A DNA stretch of 63,967 nt, the filler included, from Lenisia limosa (Eukaryota > Protista > Breviatea), in the NCBI GenBank assembly GCA_001655205.1. It is 25 parts of 25 records of this genome, joined end to end, with 100 filler letters (N's around TTAATTAATTAA, not from the genome) between each part and the next. Parts side by side here need not be neighbours in the genome. Positions count along the whole stretch, not along the records: positions 61,463 to 62,756 come from LPNZ01000566.1; positions 62,857 to 63,967 come from LPNZ01000535.1; 23 more parts are not named here. One strand, given 5' to 3'. Made by a program: the position numbers and the translations under genes. Under the pieces are notes generated by a model. It searched no databases, was not told the DNA's origin, and saw only the letters and a program-made list of their open reading frames with translations. How positions within the stretch are numbered: the stretch's first letter is position 1; each line of letters starts with the position of its first letter. Positions 62,502-63,967 of the stretch are shown piece after piece.

Positions 62502-63967
62502 GTGGGAGTCTATTATATCATATATTATGTAAATGTGTAAATGGGAGGTGAGTGGATGTAAAAATTCGCACAGTGATTTCACCTATTTTTACGTTATTAC
62601 GTATACACATCACCCACCATCACCATTCTCCTCTCCCGAAAACATCGTCACCACAAAATCTGATGTGAATAAATTGGTATTGCTGAAGCCATTGGACTGG
62701 TTTTCAGTTTGTATCAACAGTGTCCATTCCCCCCCATCTTCTGGTATTCTTCATCGNNNNNNNNNNNNNNNNNNNNNNNNNNNNNNNNNNNNNNNNNNNN
62801 TTAATTAATTAANNNNNNNNNNNNNNNNNNNNNNNNNNNNNNNNNNNNNNNNNNNNAAAAATCAAACAAGGAAATTTCTGATATGATCAAGGGCGAAAAG
62901 CAATAATTTCTTGGGATGATTCAAAAACAAATGAAGAATGAAAAAAAGTCAAAACCAACCATTGGAGGTTGCGTAGGGTTGGCGAGTGCGGAGGTCGGCT
63001 GCATTGCGGGTAACTGGCCTAGGGAAATGAAATGAGGAGAGTAGCTGTTGGAAAAAATAACGTTTTATTGTAACTGAGGAGTCGCTTCAGTCAGAAGAAA
63101 AAAAAATACGAAGTTTCCTTATCAATTCCCATACAAACAATAAGATTATGAGTAAAACTGCTTCAACAAATCAACTCTACACCCACCACAACAACTACGC
63201 ATATGTAATATGACCGATGAGAAGGGAATGGGCAATGTAACTGTGAGATAGAATGTAGAGAATGTTGGGTAGTTGTGAGAGGATGTAGAGTATGTGTGGT
63301 GATTGCTATCTCCAAATGGGTCCATAGCAATTCGTTTTACAGCATCAACGTATCAAAACTGAGTGAGTGTGTGTGTGGGGTATGTAACCAACCAATTCGC
63401 GGACCCGAGACTTTGGGGATGGACTGAGTTAGCGGAATGTTCGGATCGGCTTTGAGGTCAGAGAACGCACAGTGACCGGGATAAGCGATATGCTATGTGA
63501 TATACAGTGACCGGGATAAGTCTTGACCGATTTGCTACGTGATATAGAGTGACCAGGATAAGTCTTGGCCGATTTGCTACATGATTTCCCAAGGTGAATC
63601 GGTCAAGACTTGTACATGTAAAAGATGACACCCCTTCAAAGACATACTACGACCCAGTTCAACTCCGACAAGCCACAAACCTCCACTGAGTTGGGGAAGG
63701 GAAATAAGGTTCTTGAGAATCGGGCGTGATGTGAAAATACTTGCCTAATATGGTAAGATAATACTTGCCTAATAGCTTCCCTATAATGAAGTTAAAGAAA
63801 ATTTAATAAACCTCACATTTTTTGACATCAGGCCGGATTCCTGCTGCATGGCCTGTTGAAGAGACATCGGTTTCTGCTTCTGAGAATTATTTACATGCGG
63901 ATATGAAGGAACAAAATAGTCTTAAATGCAGCAGTGTGTTTAATGATAGTTTTATTTCAGGTAAGAG

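Overview
This is eukaryotic genomic DNA from an intron-dense, AT-rich microbial eukaryote. The lineage cannot be determined from this window. The code is standard: TAA, TAG and TGA are all used as stops. The window is not one locus. It contains 24 artificial 100-nt spacers (44 N + TTAATTAATTAA + 44 N) that join 25 short, unrelated scaffolds, so most genes are fragments and adjacency across spacers is meaningless. I reconstructed spliced genes by hand from GT-AG exons. Recognisable products are a DHA1/TetA-like MFS transporter and an SDR oxidoreductase (both apparently full length), a MAST/Greatwall-type kinase, a DFR-like NAD-dependent epimerase/reductase, a USP deubiquitinase, two further kinase fragments, class I FBPase, GCN5, RIO2, kinesin-5, a STAND-type P-loop ATPase, a fibrinogen-like domain, MPP10 and an ankyrin-repeat protein. 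No rRNA, tRNA or CRISPR array was found. The most interesting signal is intron architecture. (1) Splice junctions are repeatedly re-copied into the intron as tandem echoes, including a 7x28-bp array centred on an acceptor and a 5x17-bp array centred on a probable donor. (2) A ~140-nt non-palindromic repeat (family C), usually in sense orientation, ends in a C-run and AG and supplies the 3' end of many introns, which is Introner-like. (3) G-runs follow donors and C-runs precede acceptors. (4) Introns are colonised by a ~100-bp hAT-type MITE with 8-bp TSDs, a Tc1-like MITE and a sense-biased repeat carrying a cUUCGg hairpin. All protein identities come from motif recognition by eye; no database search was run.
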